A DNA stretch of 64,000 nucleotides, taken from assembly GCA_964016885.1 (NCBI GenBank), contig OZ024749.1:39556001-39620000 (forward strand), read 5' to 3'. Shown in pieces: positions 1-13,976 of this stretch. Under the pieces are notes generated by a model. The model saw only the letters and a list, made by a program, of their open reading frames with translations, did no database searches and was not told the DNA's origin. The position numbers and the translations under genes were made by a program. The stretch comes from Eledone cirrhosa (lineage: Eukaryota). How positions within the stretch are numbered: position 1 is the first letter of the stretch; every line of letters begins with the position of its first letter.

Positions 1-822
1 ACTAACATAATCAACTTTCTCATGATTAAACTGGTGGCAATTTAAGAAACGGTTCTTGAATAAAATATGATGGATGGTTTTTTTTTTTTAGATAAATAGA
101 AGACCTGGGTTGAAGTATACAACTAGTATGCACCACTTTCCCCTACCCCAGCCCACACTGTAAAATGGTCGTTTTGGTGACACGTCAAAAAGTGTCTAGT
201 CCACACTGTAAAGTGGTTGTTTTGGTGCCATGACAAAAAGCGAACTGTCCACACTATAAAGTGGTCATTTTGGTCCACACTGTAAATGTAGTTGGCGTTA
301 TGAATTGCATTCAGTCATAGAAACTAAGCCAAAATCAGTTCTGTATGAGCAAGACACAGTCATTTGATCAGGCTTGTCTCACAAGACAACTCGTCCAACC
401 CATGCTGGCATGGAAAATGAATGTTAAACAGTGATGATGATGATGATGATGATAATAAACTCTTAAAAACAGTTTTGTATCATAGAACTAGAGGTGACTT
501 CAGGAAATATGGTATCAAAAGGTTTAACTTTACAATCCAACATAGTTCTAGCATGAACTCCAATCACATCACCATTCCATTCTTAGATCTAGATGTAGGA
601 ATAAAGAACACATACAGCATATCAATATACAATATTCACAAAAAAATGAAGGTAGAAGGCTTAGTGGTTAAGGATCTGGAGAAGTTTTAGTTTTCTTTCA
701 GATAGCAAATGTGATCATCTGCTACTCTTACTACCAACAAGACTTACATTACTTCTATGGTGTTACCAAACTTGCAGGATTTAATGTTTTCAATCAAGCA
801 ATGAAATCAGAAACTGACTCAC

Positions 823-939
823 CTGGATTTTGACAAAACATAAATATTGAATAGTTCAACATTACAATGCTTCTTTGGTGTAAGTGAGAGTTCTTCATTA
901 GTTTTATCTTTGAAGCTTTTGGACCTAACTCCTTATAGA
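823..939 (-). other. Candidate orphan exon (117 nt) of an unidentified gene continuing off the left edge
   Basis: TCTTGCAG| acceptor and CAG|GTGAGT donor; one frame open throughout (YKELGPKASKIKLMKNSHLHQRSIVMLNYSIFMFCQNP); no homology recognised. Confidence 0.3.
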
Positions 940-1165
940 CTGCAAGACAAGGGGCCCCTTCTCAAGAATATGAATGATTAAAATCAGGATATATGGTAAT
1001 TCTATATATAAACAATACTGTCCAGATATTCACCTACAATCAACTATTGGCCAGTCTCTAATAGGTTTGTGGAGGGTAAGTCAGGTGGAGGAAACTCGTT
1101 TGGATGTCACAACATAATTATCAGATGTACATAGATATACTTCAAATAACAATATTAAGTTTGCC

Positions 1166-1392
1166 TTAACCCTTTAACATTTAAACCGGCCATATCCGGC
1201 CAGAATTCTTTCACCTCTTTCTGTTCAAACCGGCTGTAACCAGATGCACATACTTATGTTAAGGTATTGTTCTCAAAATAAATAATACCAAAATCTCATA
1301 GATTCGATATTATGTGAGATAATTATGTGACAAAGTGATTACTGTGAAAATACAATAGTAAATATAGAATAATGTAAATGCTAAATGGTTAA
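1166..1392 (+). mobile_element. piggyBac-type MITE family A (~210-230 bp)
   Basis: TTAA-CCCTTTA(G)CATTT ... AAATGCTAAA(G)GG-TTAA termini; shared internal core AAACCGGCCATATCCGGCCAGAATTCT. Confidence 0.8.
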
Positions 1393-1858
1393 ATGCATAT
1401 AATGCACAAAAAACTTGTCCTAACATGTATGCATTCCAGTGCCTTGGACGAGATAACTTGTCTTAACATGTTTGAATTCTTTTCCAACAGTTCATAACTT
1501 CAAAGCTAGATGGGGTTACTCATTTATTGATGTGACATTTGTCAATCATTCAGATTGATAAAAAAACCTGGCACAGCAACTAGCTGTGTAAAATCTACAA
1601 GGTAGTCAACAGGTTAAGTATGTAAAATATGCTATAAACAAAATATTTTTAAAACACTTTATTCAAAACGTTAGAAAAACAAACAAAATAAAACTCACAA
1701 TTCAATATTTTAAGCATTTTTAAAATTTCTTTATTGAACATGTGCATGACAATGTTGATGTAGACAAACTAACAAACCAAATAAATTCATAAATTATTTT
1801 CTGTCAACATCAAGTCAGGATTCTATGCAGATTGTAACCTTTATATATATAATATAAA

Positions 1859-1959
1859 CAGGGTGTCCCCCAAAAATGTATACACATTTTGATTACCTGT
1901 ACAGGCAATATTTATTAGAATGCTGTTGAAGTGTATATACAGTTTTGAGAGACACCCTG
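1859..1959. mobile_element. Tc1/mariner-type MITE
   Basis: TIRs CAGGGTGTC...GACACCCTG in a TA-rich context; second copy at 50016-50110. Confidence 0.75.
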
Positions 1960-4090
1960 TATATATATATATATATCCAGTTTCAATCACAAGGCTTGGG
2001 TTGATCTGAGCTTAAGGTAGAAGATACTTGTCCGACATGCCAAACATTAGGATTGAACCCAGAACCTTGTGATTGTTAAAATAAACTTAACCATACCATT
2101 TGGCAATGTGTATTAAAACAGAAAAAATATAAATAAAGGGAAAACAAATTTTTCTAAAAACCATTCAGGATAAATAGTGTATATAATGTATAGAAAATAA
2201 ATTTAAATAGATTATATTAAACAGAAAATTATGCATGTTTTTCTGGGGATGGGGGAAGAGAGATTCTATTTGTTTTACTATAAACTTGAAATAATTTATC
2301 ACAGGTACATACTTGTAGAAATGGTTTTAGTAGTAAATCACAAAACATTTTCTCCGTTGATGTTTAGCCTTGTGCGGAGGTTTCATGACAAACTTCTCCA
2401 TTCTGCCGTATTCTCTGCACCCCTGGATTTCATGAGGTGACTGAGAGTACAAGAATCTCCTACGGACGGGACATCAGTCTGTCATAGGGATAAACCACGG
2501 CTGAGCGAACTGCAGCAATGTGACACTTGGTCTGGGAATTGAACCCACAGCCAAATAGTCATAAACCCAACACTTTAACCACTCGGCTATGTATTTTCAC
2601 TGTTACTTTGATCATCAATTGTAATTAACAATAAAGGAATCCACTCCACCTGCTAACAATAATAGTCAAATTCCCTCAAATCATACCCAACTGTCTTAAC
2701 GAATAAAAGGACATACATTGTACAATGTAGTCCTAGATATACAAAAAAAAGGTTTGGTTAGCTGGAATGTCTTTGATCATAAGTCTGCTCATCAGAGCTG
2801 ACCTGGGGCTAAACAACAACAACATCAAAAAATAATATCAAACCGAGAAAATTAACCAACATTATTATTATAATTGATAGTGTCAAACCAACAATTTCAA
2901 ACTATTTAGTAAAAGAGGGAAGGGTAGTTCTTTTGACCTTTTTTGGGGGGTCATGGAGACTGGAGGGAAAAAGATATCTTGAAGCCAGAAACCCGGCCCA
3001 AATTCTTGCAACAGAGTAGACTCTGCTAAAGGCACCCAAGGTGCCAGGTGGTGGTCTTAATCCTTTCATGACCATATTTCTAATGAAATTCACTTTGTTT
3101 CAATTAATTACTGAAGAATTTTGAGGGAATTACTAAAATTATTAATCATTATTAAGATAGTAACTGAGCATATGGTATAATATTATGTTGGAAGATTTTA
3201 ATTTAATAAGAACCCCTTAATATGGGTGGTTTTGTTTCATAGAACCAGAGCTGGCTTTGGTAGGGTTGGTATAAACAGAGTGACAGATTAAGCCTACCAC
3301 TGTATATAACATTAATCAACGTTTTTTATAGAAGGCAAAAGTTATGATTGTAAGATGTTCCACAGCTTTCTGAAAGTCCTTTATATATATTCCACTGCAA
3401 AGTGGTCGTGGAGGTGCACCCAGCATTCACTGTAAATGAGGTTGGTGTTAGGAAGGGCATCCAGCTGTAGAAATCAAGCCAGAATCAGTTCCTGTCCCAC
3501 CCTTGCAAGCAGGGAAAAAGTGGACGTAAAATGAAATGAAAAATGATATATATATATATATATATAAATATATATGCAGAAGTTATATTTAATTTGTTGG
3601 GATTCAACAAGCTTAAAAGTTTTATAACTGATATAAAGCACTCAACAGTTTACTGGAGTAAATATTCAATATATTAATAAATAGAAACTATATTTATAAA
3701 ACCATAATTATTTTATTATATATATAAAATATATATAATAAACTAGTTATGGTTTTATAAATATAGTTTCCATTTATTAATATATTGTATATATATATAT
3801 ATATATAAATATATATATAAATATATATATAAATGATGATGTGCTCAAGCACAGAGATGCTATAAAAATAGCTTATAAAATAAAGTGAAAACCCTTAAAA
3901 AATGGAAAAAGAAGTTGCCATCGGCTGGTATGAGGTTCATTTCCTCTCAGGGACAGATGACAACTGCCTTTTCCATCTTTTAAGGGTCCTCACCCTATTT
4001 TTATAGGATCTCTGTGCTTGAATATAACATCCTTTATACTTAATATATATAGATTCTCAGCACTTAATAGCTGAAAATTTGGCTTCATAC

Positions 4091-4126
<36 letters not shown>

Positions 4127-4799
4127 GAAGAAACAAAGTAATAATATTAGTACTAACAATAACCAGAAATAACAACTAATATTAAAATTCATATTAATCA
4201 ACAATATTAATTGGTAAAAAAATTAACCTCAATGTCAACATTATTATATAAACTCAACAATATTTACTAATGCTACTAACTAGTTATAAACCAATTCTTG
4301 CAGTTGACCAATTGATGCATATATGTATATTATATATATATATGTGTATAATTGGTGTGTGTATTACTGGTATAAAATTTATATTTTATTTCAGAGCAGA
4401 AAGGGATAATGTAATAAATACTGCAAGGTATTTATTTAGTCTGATATGCTGTCCTGCTTCTGAAATCTTGCTGCCCTTTAAATCAACAATAATGGTCAAT
4501 TCAATAAGATGAATTAACTATTATAGCCACTCCTCGCTCAATGACCTATCACAATCATATCTGTAAATATTTAGTATTTAGTGTAGACATTTTATGTTCT
4601 GTATTTTTTGTATTTCTTAAATGTAATTTCTTTAAGTTACATACTTTTGTATATCCAGCAAATTCTTTTTTTCTTTTCATGTTTCGAAATAATTTTTAAA
4701 AAAATGCTTGTAAGAGTTTTGCAAAATAAAACACATTTATAGTTATCAAAATAGTGTTTCTATTAAACCTTAACAAATTTCTTCATTCAGATAATTCAT

Positions 4800-5007
4800 T
4801 TAACCATTTAGCATTTACATTACTCTATATATACTATTATATTTTTGTGGTATATCTCACATAATATTGAATCTACGAGATTTTGATATTATTTATTTTG
4901 AGAACAATACCTTAACATCAGTATGAGTGGCAGTTACAGCCGGTTTGAACAGAAAGATGTGAGAGAATTCTGGCCGGATATGGCCAGTTTAAATGCTAAA
5001 GGGTTAA
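4800..5007 (-). mobile_element. piggyBac-type MITE family A
   Basis: Reverse-oriented copy with TTAA ends. Confidence 0.8.
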
Positions 5008-5799
5008 AATGAAACTGGATGTTTGGTAACTTTTCATATCCTCAAGGACTTTATCACCGATTGAGAGTGATTACAACCAAGTCACATGAAGAGAGACTGG
5101 TCATTATGTTAGGTATTCATTTACCAACAAATCCACTTTACAACTAATTTGGGAGAACAGTCTTATTATAGTTATTTGCGTTGTGGTAACTATGATTTCA
5201 AATTTCTCAATATTTTGTAAGTCCACTAGTCTTATTTGTAATCAAGACTAGCGGACTTATAAAATATTGAGAAATTTGAAATTATAGTTACCACAACTCA
5301 GACAATTATAATAATAGTTAAATAAATTGGGTAAAGTATTATCCCAGGAAATGGAAAGAAGTGGATAGAGACATCTACAGGGAATAGTTAAAGAACTTGG
5401 TTGTTGAGTAAGGAGTGGCTGTATTATCACTTATTCTCTAATAAATAAATCTGTTTAACAAACAACATATTTCTCTCTAATTCCTGCTACATATGAATTT
5501 GAGGTCCTGAGTATTTAAATAACTGTACTTTCTCTAAGTACAACAACACCACCAAATCATTATTTCACCCACACACACACTAACACATACAACACAATAT
5601 TACACAGTATCACACAATATCACAACAATAATAGTGGGATATATTTAAAAAATAGTATGTGTATGTGTCTTATGATGTATATGTTTAACCTTTGATATGT
5701 GTGTATCTATCTGCTTAATTTATGTTATGTGTGTGTGTGTTTGTTTAACTTATATCAGTCAATATTCCTATTTCCCCTAATACAAATTATGTCAATGAG

Positions 5800-6003
5800 A
5801 TCTCAATGTGGTGTTTAGCTAAATGAGGTGATCAGCTGGATGTTGTGTTCAGCTGAATGTGGTGTACAGTTGGATGTTGTGTTTATCTCAATCAGGTGAT
5901 CAGTTGGATATGGTATTTAGTTCAATGTGGTGATCAACTGGTTGTGGTGTTTGACACAACGTGGTGTTTAACGTAATGTAGTGTTGTTCAGCTGGATGTG
6001 GTG
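5800..6003. repeat. Degenerate 17-bp tandem repeat at the start of the TRAPPC14 3' UTR
   Basis: TCAGCTGGATGTGGTGT-like units, ~12 copies. Confidence 0.75.
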
Positions 6004-6054
6004 TAAAATATATTCATAACTACGCTAAATAGTTCCTAATGAGGCTGAAGTTGG

Positions 6055-6199
6055 TTAAAGAATTTGTGGAAGATAGATCTGATAACTTTCTTTCAAGAAA
6101 TTTCGAGGGTTTGTAATAATTTGTTCAGTGCGGGACAACTTTCTAGGAGGAGGTGGACGAGGTGGCGGGAGTCGTGGTGAGCGTTCAATATTTTTAAAC
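6055..6199 (-). CDS. TRAPPC14: TRAPPC14 terminal exon
   Basis: TTGCAG| acceptor in the correct phase; Pro-rich RLPPPRPPPPRK, ends in TAA. Confidence 0.8.
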
Positions 6200-9100
6200 C
6201 TGCAACAGTAAGAGAGACAAAAAAATAAAATAGAATCATAGTCAAAGCAAAACATATCACTTAGACACACACACATATATAGACACAGGCATGGCTGTAT
6301 GATTAAGAAATATGATTGACAACTATATATTTCAGGTTCAGTCCCATTGTGTGGCATCTTGAGCAAGTGTCTTATACTATAGCCTTGGGTTGACCAATGC
6401 CTTGTGAGTGCTTTGGTAGATGGAGCCTGCAGAACCCATTGTGTATATGTATGTTTGTTTATGTCCTGTAACATAATGGTTCTACTCAGATATCAAGAAA
6501 ACAAGCATCAGACTGGCCAGAGTCTAATGACTGAAACCAGTGAAAGAATACTAGGGTCGATGAGGTTGACTAAAAATTACTTCAAGACTGTGCCCCAGAA
6601 TGACCACAGTCTAATGACTGAAACTAATGAAAGGGTACTGCGGTTGATATGATTGACTAAATTACTTCATGACTGTGCTCCAGCAGGGCCACATTCTAAT
6701 GACTGAAACTAATGAATGAGCCTATGATCGCAAAACTCTAGAGTAACAAAACTCACTTTTTAGCCTTAATAGTAATGAACATAACACACACTGCATCTTT
6801 TAAGGCCTCCATGCTTCCTGGGATTCGCCAACACTACGCCTAATATTCCCTCTCCATACATACGCACACATATAAATCATGACTCATACACTATTCACTT
6901 CCCTGACATTTGTATATTATTCTATGTACTATACATGCACCTTTGACGAGTTGTAATGCACCTGAGCACTGTACACAATAATTTCATTATCATATATATA
7001 TAAGAGTACTGGGATTGATATGATTGACTAAATCCCTTCAAAGTTGTGCCCCAGCATGGCCAGAGTCTAATGACTGAAACCAGTAAAAAAATACTAGGGT
7101 TGATATGATTGACTAAATCCCTTCAAAGTTGTGCCCCAGCATGGCCAGAGTCTAATGACTGAAACCAGTAAAAAAATACTAGGGTTGATATGATTGACTA
7201 AATCCCTTCAAAGTTGTGCCCCAGCATGGCCAGAGTCTAATGACTGAAACCAGTAAAAAAATACTAGGGTTGATATGATTGACTAAATCCCTTCAAAGTT
7301 GTGCCCCAGCATGGCCAGAGTCTAATGACTGAAAACAGTGAAAGTATAAAAGAATATATAACTACTTACTTCCTGGATTTTCCTGTATCAGATTCACTGG
7401 AGGAAGCTGGACCAAGGTCCCCAAACGAGTAAGACTTGGTGGCATACGATCGCCTGCGTTCATCACAGGAAAGAAAGCCTGCACTACGGACGGAAGAAGT
7501 GCTACCACTACGTTCTCTCCAGAGTTCTTCAGATGCCATCAGTTGTTCATCAGGGGACAGTGTAGACATGGAGTCAGTGGGACTACTAATTTCATGTTGG
7601 CGAGATTCAGTCGACGAAGGTAAAGCATACCTCAAGTTTAGTTTCATATGTTGACCAAGCTGGAAATATATAGATAATGCCTCACTGAATATGGTATAAG
7701 GCAGTAGAACAGTGGAATACAGACATGAATGTTGGGTTTGAGTGTAGAGATTATGAATGTGTGTGTGTGTGTCATGATAGTAAAGTGAGGAGAGTGTGCC
7801 TATGAATGTGTGATGGTGGTTGAGGTGAGGAGAGTGTGTGGTGGTGGTTGTGATGAGGAGTGTGTGGTGGTGGTTGTGATGAGGAGAGTGTGGTGGTGAT
7901 AGTGGTGGTGAGAAGAGTGTGTGCATATCCTCTACATCCAACACCCTTGTCCCACTACCATGTGGCATCACCATTTTCTTCACCGAGGTCATGAAACGTT
8001 TACATAACTCTTTGATTTCCTTTGTTTATTGTATTCATGAAATTAAAAGAAAAACAGCACAAAAACAAACCGACTAATCAAAGAATATGACTTACTTCAA
8101 ATAAACCTGGATGTAAGATCTGAAATCGGACGTTGGCTGTCATAGTTGAGCCTTTTGGACAAGATCTGCCAAAAGAAAGCCACAAGTAAAAATTATTATA
8201 ACATGAAAGTAATAGGGTTACATAAATCAGCCTTATTTTCCACTAGATTATTTACTATTGACTAGATATATTTAACTTGAAGACTTTACTTTGTTTTTTA
8301 CATTAACCCTTTAGCATTTAAACCGGCCATATCCGACCAGAATTTTCTCACCACTTTCGGTTCAAACCAGCTGTAACCAGCCGTTCATACTGATGTTAAG
8401 GTTCTCAAAATAAATAATACCAAAATCTCATAGATTCGATATTATGTGAGGTAAAGTGTTTACTGCAAAAATACAATAGTATATATAGAGTAATGCAAAT
8501 GCTAAGGGGTTAATGGTGATGATGGAGGAGGAAGAGGAGATGGTAGCAAGGATAATGGTTTCTAATTTTGACACAAGATCAACATTTTAGGGGATTATAT
8601 TGATCTCCAATACTTGACTGGTACTTCTTTTTTTTATTGACCTTGTAAAGATGAAAGACAAAGTTGACTTTGGCTGGATTTGAAACCCAAACAGAAAGAG
8701 CCAGAACAAATACTGCTAAGCATTTGTTTGACACTTTAATGACTTTCCCAATCCACCACCCTCAAGGGTAACAAGAACAATGACAAAGATGATGTATTTT
8801 TATGAGTTGAGATATCTCAACATTTTAAAACCAGCTAACATGGAAGTAAAATCGATTTCAAGGGTGATTTACATAACTAAATAATAATATTTTTTTTTTT
8901 ATTATTTGGGATTTATATAACTGAACAATAGGAGCTTGGATAGGAAAAATACTTTTCAAGAAACAAATTTTAATGGTAAAAAAAATTTCTAAAAGTGTCA
9001 GCTAAGATTATAGAAAAGAAAATATTTCCATATTTACCCAAGAAGTACATCAGGATCTTGACATATTATAGAATTCATAATATTATGCTTGGGCGGTTTT

Positions 9101-12100
9101 ATATTTATACAGCCTGAAAATAGAAAGGAAAAAAACATTTTTAATTTGTATTATTTTATTTAAAAAAACAACAAAAAACTTTTACCATAAGATATATTTA
9201 TATATACACACACACACACATGTAACGATCGACGAATATACATACATACATGCGTGCACAAATATATACATATGTTTACATGTATATTTATATATATATA
9301 CACACACACATGTAATTATCGTCTGCCAAGACCATGCGAATACTTTTAACGGAATTTCACGAAGTTTAGGGTTTAATCTGACCTTTACTTCGTTATTTTT
9401 CCTTATCAATGTTTTATTATAAAGTTGTGAATGTAATTATGACGAATACATTGATGTTTTATTGTCGTGTTTTATTAATTTATTTATTGTGTTCAAAATA
9501 TTTTTACCTGGTAGAGCGCCCAAGTTTGGATTTGGTGTCGTTCTGTATGTTTACAGATTTATTTCCCCTTGACTATAAAATTGATCTGATTTTGCACACC
9601 CGCAATTTTATCCCAGTGACCAGAGCAACAGTGCTATCAATAATGACAGCAATAGTATTGAATGTATTCAATTTCTAGAGACTAGGTTTGATATGTTGAA
9701 TTTACCAAGATTACTGGATACATGAAGAACCATCTCTAAATTTAGAAATTCATATTTTCATAAATTAGTTATTTACATAAGAGAAACCCTATAGTTTATG
9801 TTGATTACTGATTCATTGAAATGATTAAAGGTGAAAAGGATATTTTAATAATATATTTCTAGAATATAATTACATAAATGTTCAGCATATATGGACAGAT
9901 GACATACAGGGATAAATGTATGAGTAGCTTAGGAGAAATAATGTTTTACAGGGATAAATGTAGGATCAGAACCCAGGACCTTGTGATTGGAAAGTAATAC
10001 ATATGTATCTGTGTGTATAAATATACATTATAGTGTAATGAATGCATCAATGTATATATATAAACACATATTATCTCAAGGAAACTTGCTCAGTGTACTC
10101 TACGTTTGAATGGAGTTCCACTGAAGCAGATGGAGACATTCAAGTATCTTGGGGCTATGTTCACAAGTGGTGGAAGGCAGGAGGCTGAATTAAGTGTAGG
10201 AGATGGTGCGGTAATGCACCAGCTTCAGCATTTGGTAATTAGAAGAAGGGCGGTAGGTGTAAAATCCAAACTCGCTATCTTCAATTCAGTATCTATGGAT
10301 AATGACCAAAAGAATACAATTGTGAATAGAAGCGGACGAAATGGGGTTCCTCCAAAGGGTCTTTGGAGTAATGTTACTCAATATAGTGCATAGCTTGGAG
10401 ATCAGAGGGTCACTCCAGGTAGAGCTGCTAGTTTTTAATAAAAGCCACTGCCTATGATTTCCAAATCATTTTGGAAATAATCAAGAATTTGAATTAGTAA
10501 AATGATTAAGTTTTCATTATTAAGTAGTTGCTCAGAACAGTTTGAATTCAGGGTTTGTAGATCCAGTAGATAACCCATATGCTGGTTATACACAAGTATA
10601 TACAGTATGTGTGTATGAATATATCTATACAGAATGGAAAAATTCATGAAAAAAATAAAAGCAGGATCCTAGTTTAATTTATACCTATTCATATTAAACA
10701 GTAAGTTCAACCTTTTGGATACCAATCTGGCCAAAACTGGCTCTGGTTCTGTAAAACCAAACAATCCGTTTTAAAGTTTAAATACTACAAATTTTCACAA
10801 CACTAGTAAAGATACTGTAAACATTTAAATTAACAAAACTGACTCTGGTTCTATGAAACAAATGGTTCTTCTTTAAATTTAAGTTTTCAAACATAATTTC
10901 ATATAAGAACCACATGTTAAGTTACTATCATAGTAATAAAATAATAATTTTAGTAAATCCCTTAAAGTTCTTCATTAATGAATTGAAATAGAGTGTCTGG
11001 CATTAGAAATACAGACACAAAAGGGTTAAACTGTTGCTTAGAAACTGAGGTAAAATATATATATATATCAAGTAAGTATGTTTTGAAACAGTAAGCAGGT
11101 TTGAAATTAGAAAATAGAATAGCTTTATCTGAGGGTTCTAAACCCCATTATCAGGCTAAAATTCCTTTAGTCAAAAATACAGTGAAAGCTATTCTATATA
11201 TATATATATGTTCATCTAACCCATGCTAGTGCAGAAAAATGGACATTAAACAGTGATGATGATGAAGATATACAAACCTTCCTTCATTTCTACAACACTG
11301 GTTGAAGGTGTGGGGTTCCAGTAAAGACGAAGGGCCAGAAAATCTTGCAATTTGTTTGAAATGGTGTAGAGGACATTGAAACTGTAAAGCAGAATTAGAA
11401 TTTTAGATTGATAGGTTTTAGAATCTTGTAAAATTACAACTGGAAAGATATAAACATATATTTAAGATTTATCAACGATGCCATAATTACCATATATGTA
11501 TACTCAAATATAAGCCGACCCCTTATTTTACATCTGAGAAAAAGGCAGAAATCCTAACCCCGTTTATAAGCTGAGGTAATCAACATTATGTTTAGATGGT
11601 ACGGTTTTGAAATTCTCATGAGTGGAGAATATATTTATGAAGGCACATGGCTTAGTGGTTAGAGCATTGGCTTTGCAATCGAAAGGTTGTGAGTTCAATT
11701 CTCAGACCGGGTGATGTGTTGTTTCCTTGAGCAAGACACTTTATTTCACGTTGCTCCAGTTTACTCAGCTGTAGAAATGAGATTATAGGGACTGGGATCC
11801 CTATCACTCGTGGAGGTGCCACGGCAAAAAAAGCACCCAGCACTCACTGTAAATGAGGTTGGTGTTAGGAAGGGCATCCAGCTGTAGAAATCAAGCCAGA
11901 ATCAGTTCCCGTCCCACCCTTGCAAGCAGGGAAAAGTGGACGTAAAATGAAATGATGATGATGATGAAGATGTAATATTTTGATTTTTAAAATGTTTTAA
12001 GTGTTGTTTAGAGTGCAGTTTTTGTTTCACAGTGCCATTGTATAATGATTTTTTTACCAATTTCTGACTGTTTTGAAGGCCATATTCATTTAAAACATAT

Positions 12101-13817
12101 CAAAAACAATAGGAAATACAAATTTCATGTCGAAAGTGAAACCTGTGTAAGATTCACTCCCAAAGTGAAACATGTAATATTCACCTCCAAAGTGAAAATA
12201 TTTTAGTATCCCGTTTATGTAGAATTTTGAAGTTCATGAAAATCAGCAAAATATTGACCTTAAATATATGCCGACCTCCAATTTTACAATCGATTTTTTT
12301 GTCACATATTTCTCAGCTTATATACGAGTATATATGGTAAGTATGGGTTTGTGTCAGGAAGAAGATCCAGCCATAAAAAAAAACCTTGACTAACCTATGC
12401 CAGCATTACAAAAACTGATATTAAAATAGAGATGATGATGATATTTAGGAAGAGGATATTGATGATGACAATAAAGATGATATACTAAGTTTGATTCAAC
12501 TAACTGAATAATTATTTAGTCTAAAGTTAATATGGTAATCTTGGTATAGTTACAATAGTGATAATTATATTATAGACAGAATGATGAATCAATGAATGAA
12601 TGAATAGCTAGACAGACAGACAGATAAATAAATATCAGAAGCCAAAAGCTCCTACCTGCGACCAACAGTGATTTCATCTTTACATGAAACAGAAACAACA
12701 AATGGAGGATGGTGAAGTTTGATATTTGGAAGGCTGCAAATAGAAAACAAAATTTTCACACTTAACCATAATAAATAAATATTTAAACTCTACTTTGGTA
12801 TCAAGTACTCATTCTCATGTCTATCAACAATTTATGGATATATATATATACACACACATACCCATTATACTATACAAAGAAAAGTCTTAGTCTAACCCAT
12901 GCCAGCATGGTAGCAGGTATGATGATGATGATAAAGCTATTGACATACCTGTAAGTGGTAACTGTTTTAGGTTCATCCATTAGTTTAGCTTGTTGACTGC
13001 ACCAACTGACGTGGGCTGCCAGGGAAAACATCTACAATACACCAATACAAACACTATTATGATGGTGGTGATGGTTGTGATGATGAGTGTAGTGACGATC
13101 GTGGTGACGATGATGTTGCTGATGATACTGACGTCGATGATGATCATAGTGATGTTGATGATTCTAATGATGACGATGCTGGTGACGATGATGATAATGA
13201 CGTTGGGGATAGTGGTTGTAACGATGATGATGGTGGTTTTCAACCTACCGTATTTGGAGTATCCAAGTCTTTCTGTTGCGCAGTAAAGACAAGGGAGAGA
13301 ACTTCTCCTGGACTTAAATACAGTGGGAATGTAGAGTTGCTGGTTTTAAGCAATGACACCTTTTGACTGTGTTGATCACTTTCACTGCAGAAAAATAGGT
13401 GTTTCACTTGTTACACAGGTACAGGACAACATACTGTTAATTAAAGGTATTGTGAACCAGTGGCATGGTGTAAAAAATGTGAGAATAAGCAAATAGCCAG
13501 TTGTGTAGTTGTGTATTCTACTATAGCAGTGATTCCTAACCTTTTTTTACTATCAAAGACCCCTTTTATTTAAATGCATTTGCTCCGATACTCTGATCCC
13601 CACTACAATTATTTCTCTCAAAAGAGAGAAATGTTTATACATAGAAAACAATAGATACCCAGTAGTGTGTGTATATTATGTTTTAAAGAAACTATTTGAA
13701 ATTTTGAATTTAGCTCTTAGACCCCAGATTGGCTCACAGCAAGGAATACTTGTATGGGAAATTTAGTAGACTGAAACTGTGTAGATGCCTGTTGTTTATA
13801 CATACACACACACACAC

Positions 13818-13869
<52 letters not shown>

Positions 13870-13944
13870 TTAGAGTTCAAAGTTTGACAATAACATACAA
13901 GGGATCATATACAGAATATATAAAAACAATTCTAGTGTCAATCA

Positions 13945-13976
<32 letters not shown>

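Noticed and set aside
7660-7992. N-terminal part of the 208-aa ORF 7366-7992
   Set aside because: Intronic low-complexity sequence; only 7659-7370 fits the TRAPPC14 splice model.
11645-11712. tRNA-like A/B boxes (also 43232-43292)
   Set aside because: They are SINE heads continuing into repeat bodies; no complete cloverleaf.
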